A stretch of 64,000 nucleotides of DNA. Origin: Spirochaetota bacterium. Lineage in GTDB: Bacteria; Spirochaetota; Spirochaetia; CAKZLE01. The position numbers were made by a program, and so were the translations under genes. The stretch is taken from NCBI GenBank assembly GCA_051745285.1, contig JBNJDX010000004.1, positions 1,651-65,650 of the forward strand, given 5' to 3'. The notes beneath the pieces were generated by a model. That model was not told the origin of the DNA and made no database searches. It saw only the letters and a list, made by a program, of their open reading frames with translations. Below, piece by piece: positions 29,344-40,289 of this stretch; position 1 is the first letter of the stretch, and each line of letters begins with the position of its first letter.

Positions 29344-30516
29344 CTACCCCAGTGTAACACAGGAACGCAGATTGTGATGCAGCAGCATGTTCAGCTCGTC
29401 TGCGGCTCCAGGAGGCGTTTGCACAAAGGCAAATCCGAACACTCCATGCCGGGCTACATCGACCGGCCTGAACTCCAACAGGGTGCTTTGCCCCCTGAAT
29501 AACGCCCCGGGGGCAAACTCGGCAATATCCTCAGCTGCATATCCGGTAGTGTTGTCAAGAACGATTACACTGAAATGGTCATCCTCAGCACCTGGCGGTC
29601 CTTGGAGAATATCCGGCTTTTGTTGACTCATGAACGCTTCATACTGCTGAATTCCAGTTGCAAACGCGTTAATATCCGCAGTTGTACACCAACCTCCAAA
29701 ACGCAGCGGGTTAATCTCTATCGGTATCATTCCGTGCTCCTGAGAGTCTCGCAGCTCAGCATGAAACGGGAAGAGCCTCTGGCTGTGCTCGCTATTGAGA
29801 GCTTTAAGCGTCGATAAGCACCTCTCGTGCATCTGCCGACGCAGAGTCCGGGAGGTCACATACACCCTGTCGCTGACATCGCTGGCAGAAGAAAAAAGAT
29901 GCTTGAATATACCGAGAATAACCGGTTCTCCGGCCTCATCGTAATATGCATCTACAGCATATTCTTCCCCGTCAATAGCCTGTTCAATAATAAACTCTGC
30001 CGAACTGACCACTGAGGACGGATAAGAGTGTTCAATCAGTTTCTGTTCGCCCCTGATTTGGCCGCACACCTCCGGCCACATATCCCGGTGCTCCACCACG
30101 TGTACACCCAGACTGAAAAAGCCGACTGACGGTTTGATGACACAGGGATAGGGAAGATCGAGATGTTCGGCCTCCTCCAGCTGAGACAGAGGTATTCGGG
30201 TAAAGAAAAAATGGGGGTAGATATGGCTGGTATGCTCACGATAGGCAGCTTTATCTTTGCCGAAGATCGCTGAAGCGGCGCCCGGAAGCCAAGATTCCCA
30301 ACCGCTTAGATGTGACAGGGCATTCTCAGCGTTAGAGTATATCGGCTGCAGAGGGTTATCTCTCAGACGCTGTTCAGCCTCACCCCGGGAGAGAAACCAC
30401 ACACAGCGACCTGCTAATAACTCTTCAGCCTCGGGGGTTCGAAGCACTGGATACTGATTCCGCTCAAGAGTCCGGATCAGGTATTCAGATACATAGGGAT
30501 AGTCAATCAAAAACAT
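29344..30516 (-). CDS. ATP-grasp domain protein
   Basis: PCVIKP..GFFS.GV, FIIEQAIDGEEYAVD, FHAELR, IEINPLRFGG. Confidence 0.85.
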   Translation of the reverse strand: MFLIDYPYVSEYLIRTLERNQYPVLRTPEAEELLAGRCVWFLSRGEAEQRLRDNPLQPIYSNAENALSHLSGWESWLPGAASAIFGKDKAAYREHTSHIYPHFFFTRIPLSQLEEAEHLDLPYPCVIKPSVGFFSLGVHVVEHRDMWPEVCGQIRGEQKLIEHSYPSSVVSSAEFIIEQAIDGEEYAVDAYYDEAGEPVILGIFKHLFSSASDVSDRVYVTSRTLRRQMHERCLSTLKALNSEHSQRLFPFHAELRDSQEHGMIPIEINPLRFGGWCTTADINAFATGIQQYEAFMSQQKPDILQGPPGAEDDHFSVIVLDNTTGYAAEDIAEFAPGALFRGQSTLLEFRPVDVARHGVFGFAFVQTPPGAADELNMLLHHNLRSCVTLG

Positions 30517-30601
30517 AGCATATGCTCCTAATACCATAGCAGCATATCCAATCAGGATAAAAAAGGAAAGTATTAGAAGTGAGAAACTGTCAGACCGCCT
30601 G

Positions 30602-30644
30602 AGAGAAGCAGCCTAGCCCGAGTGCCAGGATAGGCTGTTTCTCT
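30602..30644 (-). terminator. putative intrinsic terminator
   Basis: Hairpin AGAGAAGCAGCCTA...TAGGCTGTTTCTCT downstream of the 30681 stop. Confidence 0.5.
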
Positions 30645-30680
30645 AAGGAACGTTCAGCTCACAAAAGCAGTCTGTTCATG

Positions 30681-31859
30681 CTACCATATGCGGTATCTAC
30701 CGCCTGCATAAAGATACATATCTGTAAAATTCTGAACAACAGATACTCCACCATAGACAGTAAAATTCGGTTCTAACAGGTAGTACCCCTCTGAGAGAAT
30801 ATCCAGACGTATTAAGGGTGTTCTGCCAGTTGATAATCCAAGGTCAGCCTCTCCTGCAACCCACCAGCGCGGATTCTCGGGAAGATAGGCAGTCCTCCCC
30901 CTAAGAGTCACATCAAAAGATGTTCCGCCTGTTCCAACACCGAGGGTCATACTTCCATCGCCGCGGTAGTAGAGCTGATCATCCATCGTAAAATCCGCAT
31001 ATGCACCGTCAATGATCGTATCTAGACGAAACGAGGAGGTAGAATTTGAGTACACATTGAGTCTCGGTTGCAACAGGGCCCTCGCCTGCCAGCCGTAGGA
31101 AAAGTTACGAAAACGAGCCACTTCAAAGGCGTACTCCTGGGAGTAATTGAGGTGAATCACATCCACTATCCGGTCAGAAACACCAAGGGCCTCGGCCAGT
31201 TCAGTATAATAGGCCACGTAGTTTTCTTGTGTGTTATCAGTATATTTATTCTTCCGTGAAAAACTCGTGTACATGACCTCTGCAGCAGCCCGTATGCGCT
31301 CCTCAGTCGGCTCTACGCCCAGATGCCCCAGCATCAGCTCAATTGCCCGCACAATTTCAATGGAATAGATCCTTCCAATTCCAACACCGCCATAGGGCGC
31401 AAGCCGAAATACCGGTGAAAACCATCCGCTCGGTATTGAGGGCCTAAATGCTACCTCTCCACCTGCGGTATAAAAACCGTCCATACCGCTGAACTCGAGC
31501 GTGTGACTTTCATAGTCTGCATCGCCATCCAAAGAAAGAAAAGATGTTGAGGCAAGCCGAAGTTGTGCTTCAGCCTCTATATCCAGCAGCTCCGTCAGAG
31601 TTTGATGCACATAATTATATTCAGCGTCTCCCCGAGCAGCAAAAACTATCGAGCCTGGCGGAGTAAAATTAAGATGCAGCTCTGCAAGGTTATCACCCTG
31701 ACTGCTCAGTGGGACTGATCCGAGACCGCCATACACCTCCAAACTTGAATATTCGTGTGGAACCACAAGATCATACACATTCTCCACGCCCTCTGCATAC
31801 AACAAAGCCCCTCCTGAAAGCAGTACGACTACCAACATCACACCAAGTCGCCTCATCAT
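30681..31859 (-). CDS. exported protein, probable outer-membrane beta-barrel
   Basis: Signal peptide, beta-strand pattern around a helical insert, C-terminal YRIW. Confidence 0.6.
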   Translation of the reverse strand: MMRRLGVMLVVVLLSGGALLYAEGVENVYDLVVPHEYSSLEVYGGLGSVPLSSQGDNLAELHLNFTPPGSIVFAARGDAEYNYVHQTLTELLDIEAEAQLRLASTSFLSLDGDADYESHTLEFSGMDGFYTAGGEVAFRPSIPSGWFSPVFRLAPYGGVGIGRIYSIEIVRAIELMLGHLGVEPTEERIRAAAEVMYTSFSRKNKYTDNTQENYVAYYTELAEALGVSDRIVDVIHLNYSQEYAFEVARFRNFSYGWQARALLQPRLNVYSNSTSSFRLDTIIDGAYADFTMDDQLYYRGDGSMTLGVGTGGTSFDVTLRGRTAYLPENPRWWVAGEADLGLSTGRTPLIRLDILSEGYYLLEPNFTVYGGVSVVQNFTDMYLYAGGRYRIW

Positions 31860-32081
31860 CTTCTTTCCTCCTCATATAGCTTGTGAAGCCAGTCACAAGC
31901 CCCAAGTTAGAAGTATTATCCGCTGAAAAGGGGGATTTGGCAAATTAATTTCTGACGTTAAACACTCTATATTTGTGCGTTCCTACCTGCCCTTTTCCAC
32001 TGGTCAGCAAAGTGTTGATGCTTGACTCTTGGTGGAATCAGCATAATTATGTAGGTATAACACTGAAGGAGGAGATAGCAA

Positions 32082-32447
32082 ATGCCTGATTTTGGACAAC
32101 CGTTTAACGTGAAAAATAGTGACAGAAAACTTACCCACGAGGAACTAGTGAGGGCCATCCGATTCATGGTTTCCGCTGAGTACGAGGCAATTCAGCTCTA
32201 CCAGCAGCTAGCAGAATCAATCGACAACAAACTGGCCCAGGATGTACTTATTGACATCGCAGATGAAGAGAAAGTGCATGCAGGAGAATTTTTGCGTCTA
32301 CTGAAAGAACTGGAGCCTGAAGAGTACAACTTCTACGACGAAGGGGCTAAGGAAGTAGAAGAGGAGTTCCTCGGTGCTGGAGGGGACTCAGAATCAGCAG
32401 AAGGATCCCAAGACCTTGGTATCGGGAGCCTGAAGGAGAATGACTAG
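32082..32447 (+). CDS. ferritin-like encapsulin cargo protein (Flp)
   Basis: EYEAIQLY and DEEKVH ferroxidase-type motifs; acidic linker and C-terminal cargo-loading peptide DLGIGSLK. Confidence 0.9.
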   Translation: MPDFGQPFNVKNSDRKLTHEELVRAIRFMVSAEYEAIQLYQQLAESIDNKLAQDVLIDIADEEKVHAGEFLRLLKELEPEEYNFYDEGAKEVEEEFLGAGGDSESAEGSQDLGIGSLKEND

Positions 32448-32448
32448 T

Positions 32449-33246
32449 ATGGACCTATTAAAACGAACACTTGCACCGATAAGCACAGAAGGCTGGGAAG
32501 AGATTGACTCAACGGCAAAAGAAACCCTTGAGACCAACCTCTCTGCACGAAAGAGTGTTGATGTAACCGGACCACTGGGTCTGGACTACACCAGTGTAAA
32601 TCTTGGACGTTTAAAACTGGGAAAAAGCGACGGAGTGAAGGATGTGCAGTACGGCACGTATCAGCTCCAGCCACTTACAGAGACGCGTATTAGCTTCAAG
32701 GTGAAGACCTGGGAGCTTGACAACCTTGCCCGTGGTGCTAAAGACATAGAGCTTGAGGAAGTAGTAGAGGCCGCCCGCAAGATGGCGCAGTTCGAGGAAC
32801 AGGCTGTCTACTCAGGATTCAAGGACGGGAGTATTACCGGACTACAGGGGGCAGCAGCCTTCTCCGCTCCGAAGCTTAAGCAAGACGCTGAGGGCATCAT
32901 TAACGCAGTCGCCGATGGGCAGATGCAGATGCAAAAGGCTGGAGTTAACGGGGGAGCGGATCTGATCGTAGAGCCCGAACTCTGGAAATTCCTTAACCGG
33001 CCGACACAGGGCGGTACGTTGAAATCAATTGTCGAACAGCAGCTTGGGGGAAATGTCATTTTATCTGAAGCTGTTTCCGGCGCAGTACTGCTGGCAAACA
33101 GGGGTGGCGATACAGAACTTATTTTAGGTCAGGACTTTTCCATAGGCTACCATCACCACACATCTGAGGACATATTCCTCTTTCTCACCGAGTCGTTCAC
33201 CTTTAGGGTCATCACCCCTGAAGCTATTGTTGCTTTCACTGCATAG
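32449..33246 (+). CDS. family 1 encapsulin shell protein (linocin M18 family)
   Basis: MDLLKRTLAPISTEGWEEID, ARKSVDVTGPLG, RGGDTELILGQDFSIGY, ESFTFRVITPEA. Confidence 0.96.
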   Translation: MDLLKRTLAPISTEGWEEIDSTAKETLETNLSARKSVDVTGPLGLDYTSVNLGRLKLGKSDGVKDVQYGTYQLQPLTETRISFKVKTWELDNLARGAKDIELEEVVEAARKMAQFEEQAVYSGFKDGSITGLQGAAAFSAPKLKQDAEGIINAVADGQMQMQKAGVNGGADLIVEPELWKFLNRPTQGGTLKSIVEQQLGGNVILSEAVSGAVLLANRGGDTELILGQDFSIGYHHHTSEDIFLFLTESFTFRVITPEAIVAFTA

Positions 33247-33254
33247 TTTTCTGC

Positions 33255-33293
33255 AGGGCTGCTGTCGCACTTCTTGGGACGGCAGCCCTTTTT
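33255..33293 (+). terminator. intrinsic terminator after the encapsulin gene
   Basis: AGGGCTGCTGTC...GACGGCAGCCCT followed by TTTT. Confidence 0.7.
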
Positions 33294-34125
33294 AGGTGAG
33301 AAATTCCCGGCCTTCAGGAGTTGATGAACCACTGCAGATAATCCTGGCATCGCTCCATCCGGGAAACCCGGGATGGTGCCGAAACAGTGAGGCCAGCGGC
33401 GAGTATGCGCGGATGATACCCCAAAAGCCCGCTAACGGACGCCGGGAGGGCCTGGCTCGGTCTTCTTCCGGTTCAACGGGCACCATTCCCACCCGAGGGG
33501 TGTTGAGAAGAATTTCCACTGACAGCTGTTCTCTCGGCAACCGTCGGGAAAAAATGCGCTGGGCGAGCTCTCGCTCCAATAATCGGAAACTGCTGATAGG
33601 GACCCTTCCCGGCGGGAGTTTGGTTATCCGGGCAATGAGCGTTCTTTTTAACGCAAGAGCACCTTTATTTCGCTTTTCAGAGGGAACCCCATACACACAC
33701 TCATTTCGGGAATCAATCAGCTCGCGTGCCAATAAGTCGATATCCTCAGGCCGAAAATAAAGATCATCATCAATTGTTGCTATATAATCCAGACGGCAGC
33801 AAGCTATTCCGCAGAAAGCAGCCTTGTGCAGCCCGACATTGGTTGGCAGTAATATGGCGCTGACGTGGCGGTCACTATGAGCGAGCTGCTCAAGCAATTC
33901 CACAGATTCATCCACGCTCCCATCATCAACATACACAATCTCCCAGGATTGACACACTCTTTCCAGTACAGCTACCAATCTGTCATGCAATTGATACAGG
34001 GTGTTCTGGGCATTATGAACGGGGACCACCACAGAAATTGAACTCATGAACTTATCGTGTGAGGGTGCAGACGAGCCGGCCTCGGTCGTTTGTCGTTTAT
34101 CGCTGTATTCCAAAGCAGTCTCCAT
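33292..34125 (-). CDS. glycosyltransferase family 2 (ArnC/DPM-like, short)
   Basis: ISVVVPVHN, VDDGSVD, TIDDDL; start uncertain (34125 or 34047). Confidence 0.8.
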   Translation of the reverse strand: METALEYSDKRQTTEAGSSAPSHDKFMSSISVVVPVHNAQNTLYQLHDRLVAVLERVCQSWEIVYVDDGSVDESVELLEQLAHSDRHVSAILLPTNVGLHKAAFCGIACCRLDYIATIDDDLYFRPEDIDLLARELIDSRNECVYGVPSEKRNKGALALKRTLIARITKLPPGRVPISSFRLLERELAQRIFSRRLPREQLSVEILLNTPRVGMVPVEPEEDRARPSRRPLAGFWGIIRAYSPLASLFRHHPGFPGWSDARIICSGSSTPEGREFLT

Positions 34126-34286
34126 CATCTCCCAAGAAGCAGGCAAACTCACCCGCTTCTTGGTAAATATCCAGTGTAACGTAATTTCTGCTACTGCGCA
34201 AACAGCGCAGCAAGTAACCAGGCCCAGTATTGTCAATAGACGATTTTTTTGTATGATGGTATACCAAACAATCAGGGGGAGTAGGT

Positions 34287-35324
34287 ATGAGTACCATCGG
34301 AAGCGGCAACAGATTCAAAGAATATATCATACGAGTGTTAAACGGAATGGCTCAGGGGCTGTTTGCCTCCCTTATTATCGGACTAATTCTCAAACAGATC
34401 GGCATTTACGCACACATTGAGCTTCTCGCCAATTTCGGGCAGGCTGCCCAGTACATGATGGGACCTGCAATCGGTGCCGGGGTGGCCTTCGCCGTCCATT
34501 CCTCCCCGCTGGCGATATTTGCTTCCATCATCACCGGCGCGGTGGGAGCCGGAACGATCGTAACCCAGGCAGGTGCTGCAGCAACGCTCGCCATTGGTGA
34601 GCCGGTAGGAGCCCTTGCTGCCGCTTTGGCGGGTGCAGAGTTTTCCAAGCTTATTGCCGGGAGAACCAAGGTTGATATCATTCTCGTTCCTGCACTGACA
34701 ATAGCAGTCGGATCTGCAGTCGGTGTCTTTATCGGACCTGCGGTGGCTGCCATGATGGCGGCAATCGGGTCTTTTATTAACTATCTGACAACCCTTTACC
34801 CGCTCCCGATGGGCATACTGATCGCTGTAACCATGGGAATGATGCTCACCCTCCCCATCAGCAGCGCTGCTATCGCTATTTCACTGGGACTCAGCGGGTT
34901 GGCTGCCGGAGCGGCCACGGTGGGATGCGCCTGCCAGATGATCGGCTTTGCCACTTCGAGCTACCGTGAAAACCGTATTGGGGGCCTTATCAGTCAGGGA
35001 CTGGGCACCTCGATGCTCCAGATCCCGAATATTGTGCGAAACTGGAAAATCTGGATACCTCCCACAATCGCATCAGCGGTTCTGGGCCCTGTCTCTACCA
35101 TGGTGTTCAAGTTGGAAAACAACAAAGTGGGTGCCGGAATGGGCACAAGTGGTCTTGTGGGACAGTTTGCCACGTTGGAGGTGATGGGGCCCTCTGCGTT
35201 ACTGCCGATGGTATTGCTCCATTTTCTGTTGCCGGCAGTGATCACCCTTATTATCAGTGAATATATGCGCAAGAAGGGTTGGATTAGATTCGGAGACATG
35301 GCCCTGCACACCGCCGAACGCTAG
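34287..35324 (+). CDS. PTS EIIC-like membrane protein (PTS_EIIC_2 / PfoR-type)
   Basis: VLNGMAQGLFASLIIG, LTLPISSAAI, GTSMLQIPNI, GMGTSGLVG. Confidence 0.85.
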   Translation: MSTIGSGNRFKEYIIRVLNGMAQGLFASLIIGLILKQIGIYAHIELLANFGQAAQYMMGPAIGAGVAFAVHSSPLAIFASIITGAVGAGTIVTQAGAAATLAIGEPVGALAAALAGAEFSKLIAGRTKVDIILVPALTIAVGSAVGVFIGPAVAAMMAAIGSFINYLTTLYPLPMGILIAVTMGMMLTLPISSAAIAISLGLSGLAAGAATVGCACQMIGFATSSYRENRIGGLISQGLGTSMLQIPNIVRNWKIWIPPTIASAVLGPVSTMVFKLENNKVGAGMGTSGLVGQFATLEVMGPSALLPMVLLHFLLPAVITLIISEYMRKKGWIRFGDMALHTAER

Positions 35325-35332
35325 AGTGCATA

Positions 35333-35371
35333 CACAGCAGGCCCGGAAGTCAGTCTCCCGGGCCTGCTGTG
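35333..35371. terminator. hairpin between convergent genes
   Basis: Perfect 14-bp stem CACAGCAGGCCCGG/CCGGGCCTGCTGTG. Confidence 0.7.
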
Positions 35372-35403
35372 GTATCTTTTCTATGCAACCATTAAGTTGT
35401 CTA

Positions 35404-37398
35404 TTAGTTTATTGAACGTGCTGCCTCACAAACCGCATCGGCTGTAATGCCGAAGTGTTCGTACAGCTGACCGCCAGGAGCAGAGGCTCCAAAACTGCGC
35501 ATGCCGACAACTTTTCCATTCAAACCGACATACTTGTACCAGTAGTCTACCATACCAGCCTCAACGGCTACTCGTTTGAGCACCGTACTTGGCAGAACTG
35601 TCTCTCGATAGGATTCCGGCTGGCGTTCAAATACTTCCGGTGACGGCATGGAGACAACGCGAACAGCCTTTCCCTCTTCTGCTAACGTTTTCGCAGCTTC
35701 AACGGCCAGCTCAAGCTCAGAACCTGTTCCGATAATAATCAACTCAGGCTTTTTGCCGCTTTCCCACACTACGTAGGCTCCCTTCTCAATTTCGGAAATC
35801 TGCTTGTCAGTCCGTTCCTGGGGAGCAATCCCCTGCCTGCTGAGGATAAGGGCACTGGGTCCGTCAGTACGCTTGAGTGCGCCTTTCCAGGCAACCGCTG
35901 TCTCAACAACATCTGCTGGTCTCCACGTGTCAAGATTCGGTGTCAGCCGCAACATAGCAGCCTGCTCCACCGGCTGGTGAGTAGGTCCGTCCTCCCCGAC
36001 CCCGATTGAGTCGTGCGTATAGACAAACACCTCATGCAGCCCCATAAGGGAAGCCATCCGTACGGCGTTACGGGCATACTCCATAAAGATCAAAAAGGTT
36101 CCACTATATGGCAGGACGCCGCCGTGCAGTGTAATACCATTCATGATGGCAGACATACCGAACTCACGAACACCGTAGTGAACATAATTGCCGCTGAAAT
36201 CAGTTGCAGATATCGGCTTTGCCCCGTCCCATTTTGTCAAGTTGGAAGGCGCCAGGTCAGCCGATCCGCCAAGCAGTTCAGGGATCATTGGGCCAAGCTG
36301 GTCGAGCACCATTTTTGAGGCCTTCCTGGAGGCAACCTTAGTTTGTTCCTGTTGTTGAGCAGCTATGAAACTGTCAAACTGCTTCTCCCAACCAGCCGGC
36401 AAGTTGCCTGCAAGCCGCCGCTTGAGTTCTTTGGCATCTTCAGGATACGCCTTTTCATACTTGCTGAATAAGTCATTCCAGGCCTCTTCCTGGGAAGCCC
36501 CCGACTCCTTGCAGTTCCAAGCATCATATATGTCCTCCGGAACATAGAAACGTTCCTCATATGACCAGCCGAGTTGTTTGCGCACCTGTGAGATTTCATC
36601 ATCACCCAGAGGAGCACCGTGCGCGGAGGCGTTTCCACCTTTGTTCGGTGAACCGAAACCAATGGTAGTCTTGCAACAGATCAGCGTCGGCTTATCACTC
36701 TCCTTCTGAGCCTCTTTGATTGCTTTTTCAACAGCTGCATCATTGTGTCCGTCTACATCGCGGATAACATGCCATCCGTAGGCTTCAAAACGTGAAGGAG
36801 TGTCGTCTGTAAACCAGTCTTTCACCTCACCGTCGATTGAAATACCGTTGTCATCATAGAACACGGTAAGTTTGCCAAGCTTCCAGTGTCCTGCAAGGGA
36901 AGCAACTTCATGGGAGAGCCCCTCCATCAGACACCCGTCACCTACAAAAGCGTATGTACGGTGATCTACGATCGGATAGCCCTTTTTGTTAAACTGGGCA
37001 GCCAAGTTCTTTTCGGCAACTGCCATTCCCACCGCGTTAGCGAGCCCCTGGGCGAGAGGACCGGTTGTGGTCTCGACTCCTGATGTCAGTCCATACTCAG
37101 GATGCCCGGGCGTCTTTGAATCAAGCTGACGGAACTGTTTGAGTTCTTCCAGCGGTAGATCATATCCAGTCAGATGCAGCAGAGAATAGATCAACATGGA
37201 ACCATGTCCGTTCGAGAGCACAAACCGGTCTCTGTTAAACCAGTCGGGATTTGCCGGGTTGTGGCGCAAGGTCCGTCTCCACAGCACTTCAGCAATATCG
37301 GCCATTCCCATGGGGGCTCCAGGATGTCCGGAGTTGGCTTTTTGAACCCCATCCATACTCAGTACTCTCAATGCATTCGCTAATGTTCTGTTATCCAT
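35404..37398 (-). CDS. tkt: transketolase
   Basis: [50 protein letters not shown]. Confidence 0.98.
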   Translation of the reverse strand: MDNRTLANALRVLSMDGVQKANSGHPGAPMGMADIAEVLWRRTLRHNPANPDWFNRDRFVLSNGHGSMLIYSLLHLTGYDLPLEELKQFRQLDSKTPGHPEYGLTSGVETTTGPLAQGLANAVGMAVAEKNLAAQFNKKGYPIVDHRTYAFVGDGCLMEGLSHEVASLAGHWKLGKLTVFYDDNGISIDGEVKDWFTDDTPSRFEAYGWHVIRDVDGHNDAAVEKAIKEAQKESDKPTLICCKTTIGFGSPNKGGNASAHGAPLGDDEISQVRKQLGWSYEERFYVPEDIYDAWNCKESGASQEEAWNDLFSKYEKAYPEDAKELKRRLAGNLPAGWEKQFDSFIAAQQQEQTKVASRKASKMVLDQLGPMIPELLGGSADLAPSNLTKWDGAKPISATDFSGNYVHYGVREFGMSAIMNGITLHGGVLPYSGTFLIFMEYARNAVRMASLMGLHEVFVYTHDSIGVGEDGPTHQPVEQAAMLRLTPNLDTWRPADVVETAVAWKGALKRTDGPSALILSRQGIAPQERTDKQISEIEKGAYVVWESGKKPELIIIGTGSELELAVEAAKTLAEEGKAVRVVSMPSPEVFERQPESYRETVLPSTVLKRVAVEAGMVDYWYKYVGLNGKVVGMRSFGASAPGGQLYEHFGITADAVCEAARSIN

Positions 37399-37483
37399 TA
37401 AAAAACTCCTTGTTTTTCTTCAACAATCTGAGAGAAATTATAACGATTTTTTTGGTACTTGCCTACCAATGCACAAATTGAGT

Positions 37484-40129
37484 TCAGCAAGTCAGACACT
37501 CTTTGACAGTTTCTAGCAATTCATCTCTGTTAAAGGGCTTCTCAATGAAGGCAACCAGGCCAGCCTCCTTCAATTCCTTCACCTGCGCCATGTCGGAGTA
37601 CCCTGAGATCATCATAATCGCCATCTCGGGGCGGATATGACGTATGGCCTGAAACGTACTGTGTCCGTTCATGCCCGGCATAATCATATCCAGAACAATG
37701 AGATCAAACCAATGGTCTTCTTGGGAAACTGTCTGAACAGCCTCAAACCCATTCTTTACGGCCACAACATCATAGCCAGCATCCCTGAGAGTTTTAGTTA
37801 TCACAAAACGGACTAGTCTCTCATCATCCACAACCAGAATACGTCCCTGCGTTTTCTCAATCTGTGAAGCTTCTCTGGAGTCGGTACCCGATGGATTCTT
37901 TTGTTCTTGTGTGTTCGTAATTTTCTCCTGCTTGAGCAGAGGAAAACAGAGTACGATTTCACTTCCGTGTCCTTCAGAAGAGTTTACCAGGACAGCCCCC
38001 TGGTGATGTTTTACCGTCCGGAACACGGCGGCCAATCCCATGCCTGTCCCATGTCCCTCCTTTTTTGTTGTATAAAAGGGAGAAAACATCTGTCTCTGGA
38101 CCTCTTCAGACATGCCTGAACCAGTGTCCTGTATGGTAATCTGCGCATATGGTCCCTGTATGTTATCCAAAAAGGAATGAGTGACCGGAAATGAGGGCAG
38201 CGTGTCCACCACAGACAGTACAAAAGAGATCGTACCACTGGTTTTCACCGCATCCGCTGCATTCAACCCCAGATTCAGCAGGGCATTATCAATAGCTGTT
38301 GCCTCTCCGTGAATCCATATATTTCCCCCAACCGGGTTCACGCGAACACTTACGGCCCTGTCAACTGAGCGTTTGAGCAGCCCGACAACATTCTGAAGTC
38401 TCTCATTCAGGCAAACGGGTTGCTTCTCAACCTGCTCTTTCCGCGTGAAAGAAAGCAACTTTCCGGTAAGGGCTTCCGAGTTCTCAGCGGCCATCATGAT
38501 ATACTCAACATAGTTTTTCAGGCGGCTATCAGTCAGTTCGCGTTTCAGTATTTCGGCATATCCGAGTATGGCCATAAGCTGATTGTTAAAATCATGAGCT
38601 ATTCCGCCGGTAAGCTGTCCAACTACCTGCATTTTTTCTGTTTGCCGAAGCTGTTCCTGAGCTTCTGTCTGCTCAGTTACATCAAGCAAAGTGGTTAAAA
38701 GGGCCTGCCGTTCCTTCCACAGAAAGGGTGTTTTCTGGATGAGATAATAGTGCCTGCTGCCTGAATGCCAGGCTGCTACGTGCAGCTGGGCTAACTCCTG
38801 CCTCTGTATCGCTTGGTCGTCCACATCTTCTGGTAGCAGCAACCCCAGCTTTTCGACTAGCAGGGCATTTAAATCAATTCTATCCATTTCGATGAGGGTC
38901 TGCTCTGAAATCCCTACTAGCTCCACCATCGCACGATTGGCAAAGATCGGAGAGTTGTCATCGTAATAAAGAGCGGCAACCGGCTGGTGGAACAAGTCAA
39001 ACACTCGCTGCAGCATCCGGGACTGCTGCCTAAGCTGCCGCCGAGAATGTATGAGCAGCCCCAGGACAACCAGTAAAACTGCAGACAGTACAGCCAGCGC
39101 AAACAGCCCAAACAACATCTGTCGGTCTATGCGTTCGGGTTGATTGACCAGCCTGCTGTCCGGTGGTAGCGCTTTGACCGGTATTTGATGCTGCTCAAGG
39201 GCCTCATAATTAAATATATACTCTTTATCGCTGTTGTTAAGCACTGTGTCAGCTGTTCCTCTGACAGCAGAAAGGGCTAACTCAGCTGCCAGTTTTCCCT
39301 CCTCCACGCTGCTGCGAATATAACCACCGACTGCTGGAGAACTGCCAAGCCCCAGATCGTTCACGATATAAATCGGTGCTCCAGCTGAGTCAAGCAAGGA
39401 GATGTACTCATCAGGATCCACATACGCACCCTCCTGATCGATCACAAAATGCAGGGCGAGGATGATTGACTCCGAGGGCAAAGCACGAGCTCTGCTGGCA
39501 AGTTCATTCTTTGTTACATCAGTTATGTAGTGAATCTGATAGTCAGCAAACTGCTTCGTCCGGTCAAAGTACTGCTCGATACGTTCTCGATCAGCAAGTC
39601 CGGTGACTGTCTGATCATGTGCAATGACTAGAGTTTTGTAGCCGGGATGCAGCCTGGCTGCTAGTTCGAGCGTTCGGGCATGATCAGGTGAATCGGCTAC
39701 CCCGTAGATCGCTTCTTCTTGCTCTATTTCTGACATCTCAAACTGGTTAAGCCCGAGGAATATGAGAGGGATATCTCCAAAAAGTTCACCACGATATTGC
39801 AGGGCGAAGTTGAAGGCCGGATCATCAGAGACGATCACCGCCGACAGATGAGCCTCTCGGTACTTTTCCTCCAGCAGAGAATAAAAACGTTGTCTCACTT
39901 GGGGTGAATCATTTCGCTTTGCATCAAGATGCTCAATTGCTAGAGAGATGTTCTCCTCAGTCAGTACGCTCATCAACCCTTCAGTTATTCCGTCAGACCA
40001 GGGATATCCCTGATGATAGGAGTCGATGTAGAGGGCCTGTACATCCTCATGAGCAGCGACAACCCCGGCGGCTGCGATGGTGAGAAACGACAGTGTGAGC
40101 AGCACCCATCTCTTGTTCATGGGAATCAT
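37484..40129 (-). CDS. hybrid sensor histidine kinase/response regulator with SBP-like periplasmic sensor and PAS-like domain
   Basis: SYHQGYPWS sensor, GGIAHDFNN H-box, DTGSGM, GTGMGL, REC domain with DMIMPGMNG. Confidence 0.93.
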   Translation of the reverse strand: MIPMNKRWVLLTLSFLTIAAAGVVAAHEDVQALYIDSYHQGYPWSDGITEGLMSVLTEENISLAIEHLDAKRNDSPQVRQRFYSLLEEKYREAHLSAVIVSDDPAFNFALQYRGELFGDIPLIFLGLNQFEMSEIEQEEAIYGVADSPDHARTLELAARLHPGYKTLVIAHDQTVTGLADRERIEQYFDRTKQFADYQIHYITDVTKNELASRARALPSESIILALHFVIDQEGAYVDPDEYISLLDSAGAPIYIVNDLGLGSSPAVGGYIRSSVEEGKLAAELALSAVRGTADTVLNNSDKEYIFNYEALEQHQIPVKALPPDSRLVNQPERIDRQMLFGLFALAVLSAVLLVVLGLLIHSRRQLRQQSRMLQRVFDLFHQPVAALYYDDNSPIFANRAMVELVGISEQTLIEMDRIDLNALLVEKLGLLLPEDVDDQAIQRQELAQLHVAAWHSGSRHYYLIQKTPFLWKERQALLTTLLDVTEQTEAQEQLRQTEKMQVVGQLTGGIAHDFNNQLMAILGYAEILKRELTDSRLKNYVEYIMMAAENSEALTGKLLSFTRKEQVEKQPVCLNERLQNVVGLLKRSVDRAVSVRVNPVGGNIWIHGEATAIDNALLNLGLNAADAVKTSGTISFVLSVVDTLPSFPVTHSFLDNIQGPYAQITIQDTGSGMSEEVQRQMFSPFYTTKKEGHGTGMGLAAVFRTVKHHQGAVLVNSSEGHGSEIVLCFPLLKQEKITNTQEQKNPSGTDSREASQIEKTQGRILVVDDERLVRFVITKTLRDAGYDVVAVKNGFEAVQTVSQEDHWFDLIVLDMIMPGMNGHSTFQAIRHIRPEMAIMMISGYSDMAQVKELKEAGLVAFIEKPFNRDELLETVKECLTC

Positions 40130-40289
40130 AGTAACTCAGCTTTCTAGTCGTAACAAGAGAACGCCCCCCGTTGTAGTGTACCATTATTACAGGTAACCCC
40201 GTCTTTGGAAAAGAAATATGAGAAATGTGTAAACAAACGGCAATAAATCTGTTATCGTGTATATGAGATGAGTTTTGGAGTAACACTAT

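Noticed and set aside
34126-34236. N-terminal extension MTILGLV of the GT2 ORF
   Set aside because: The TTG start is part of a TTGACA -35-like hexamer and has no SD; the real start is probably downstream
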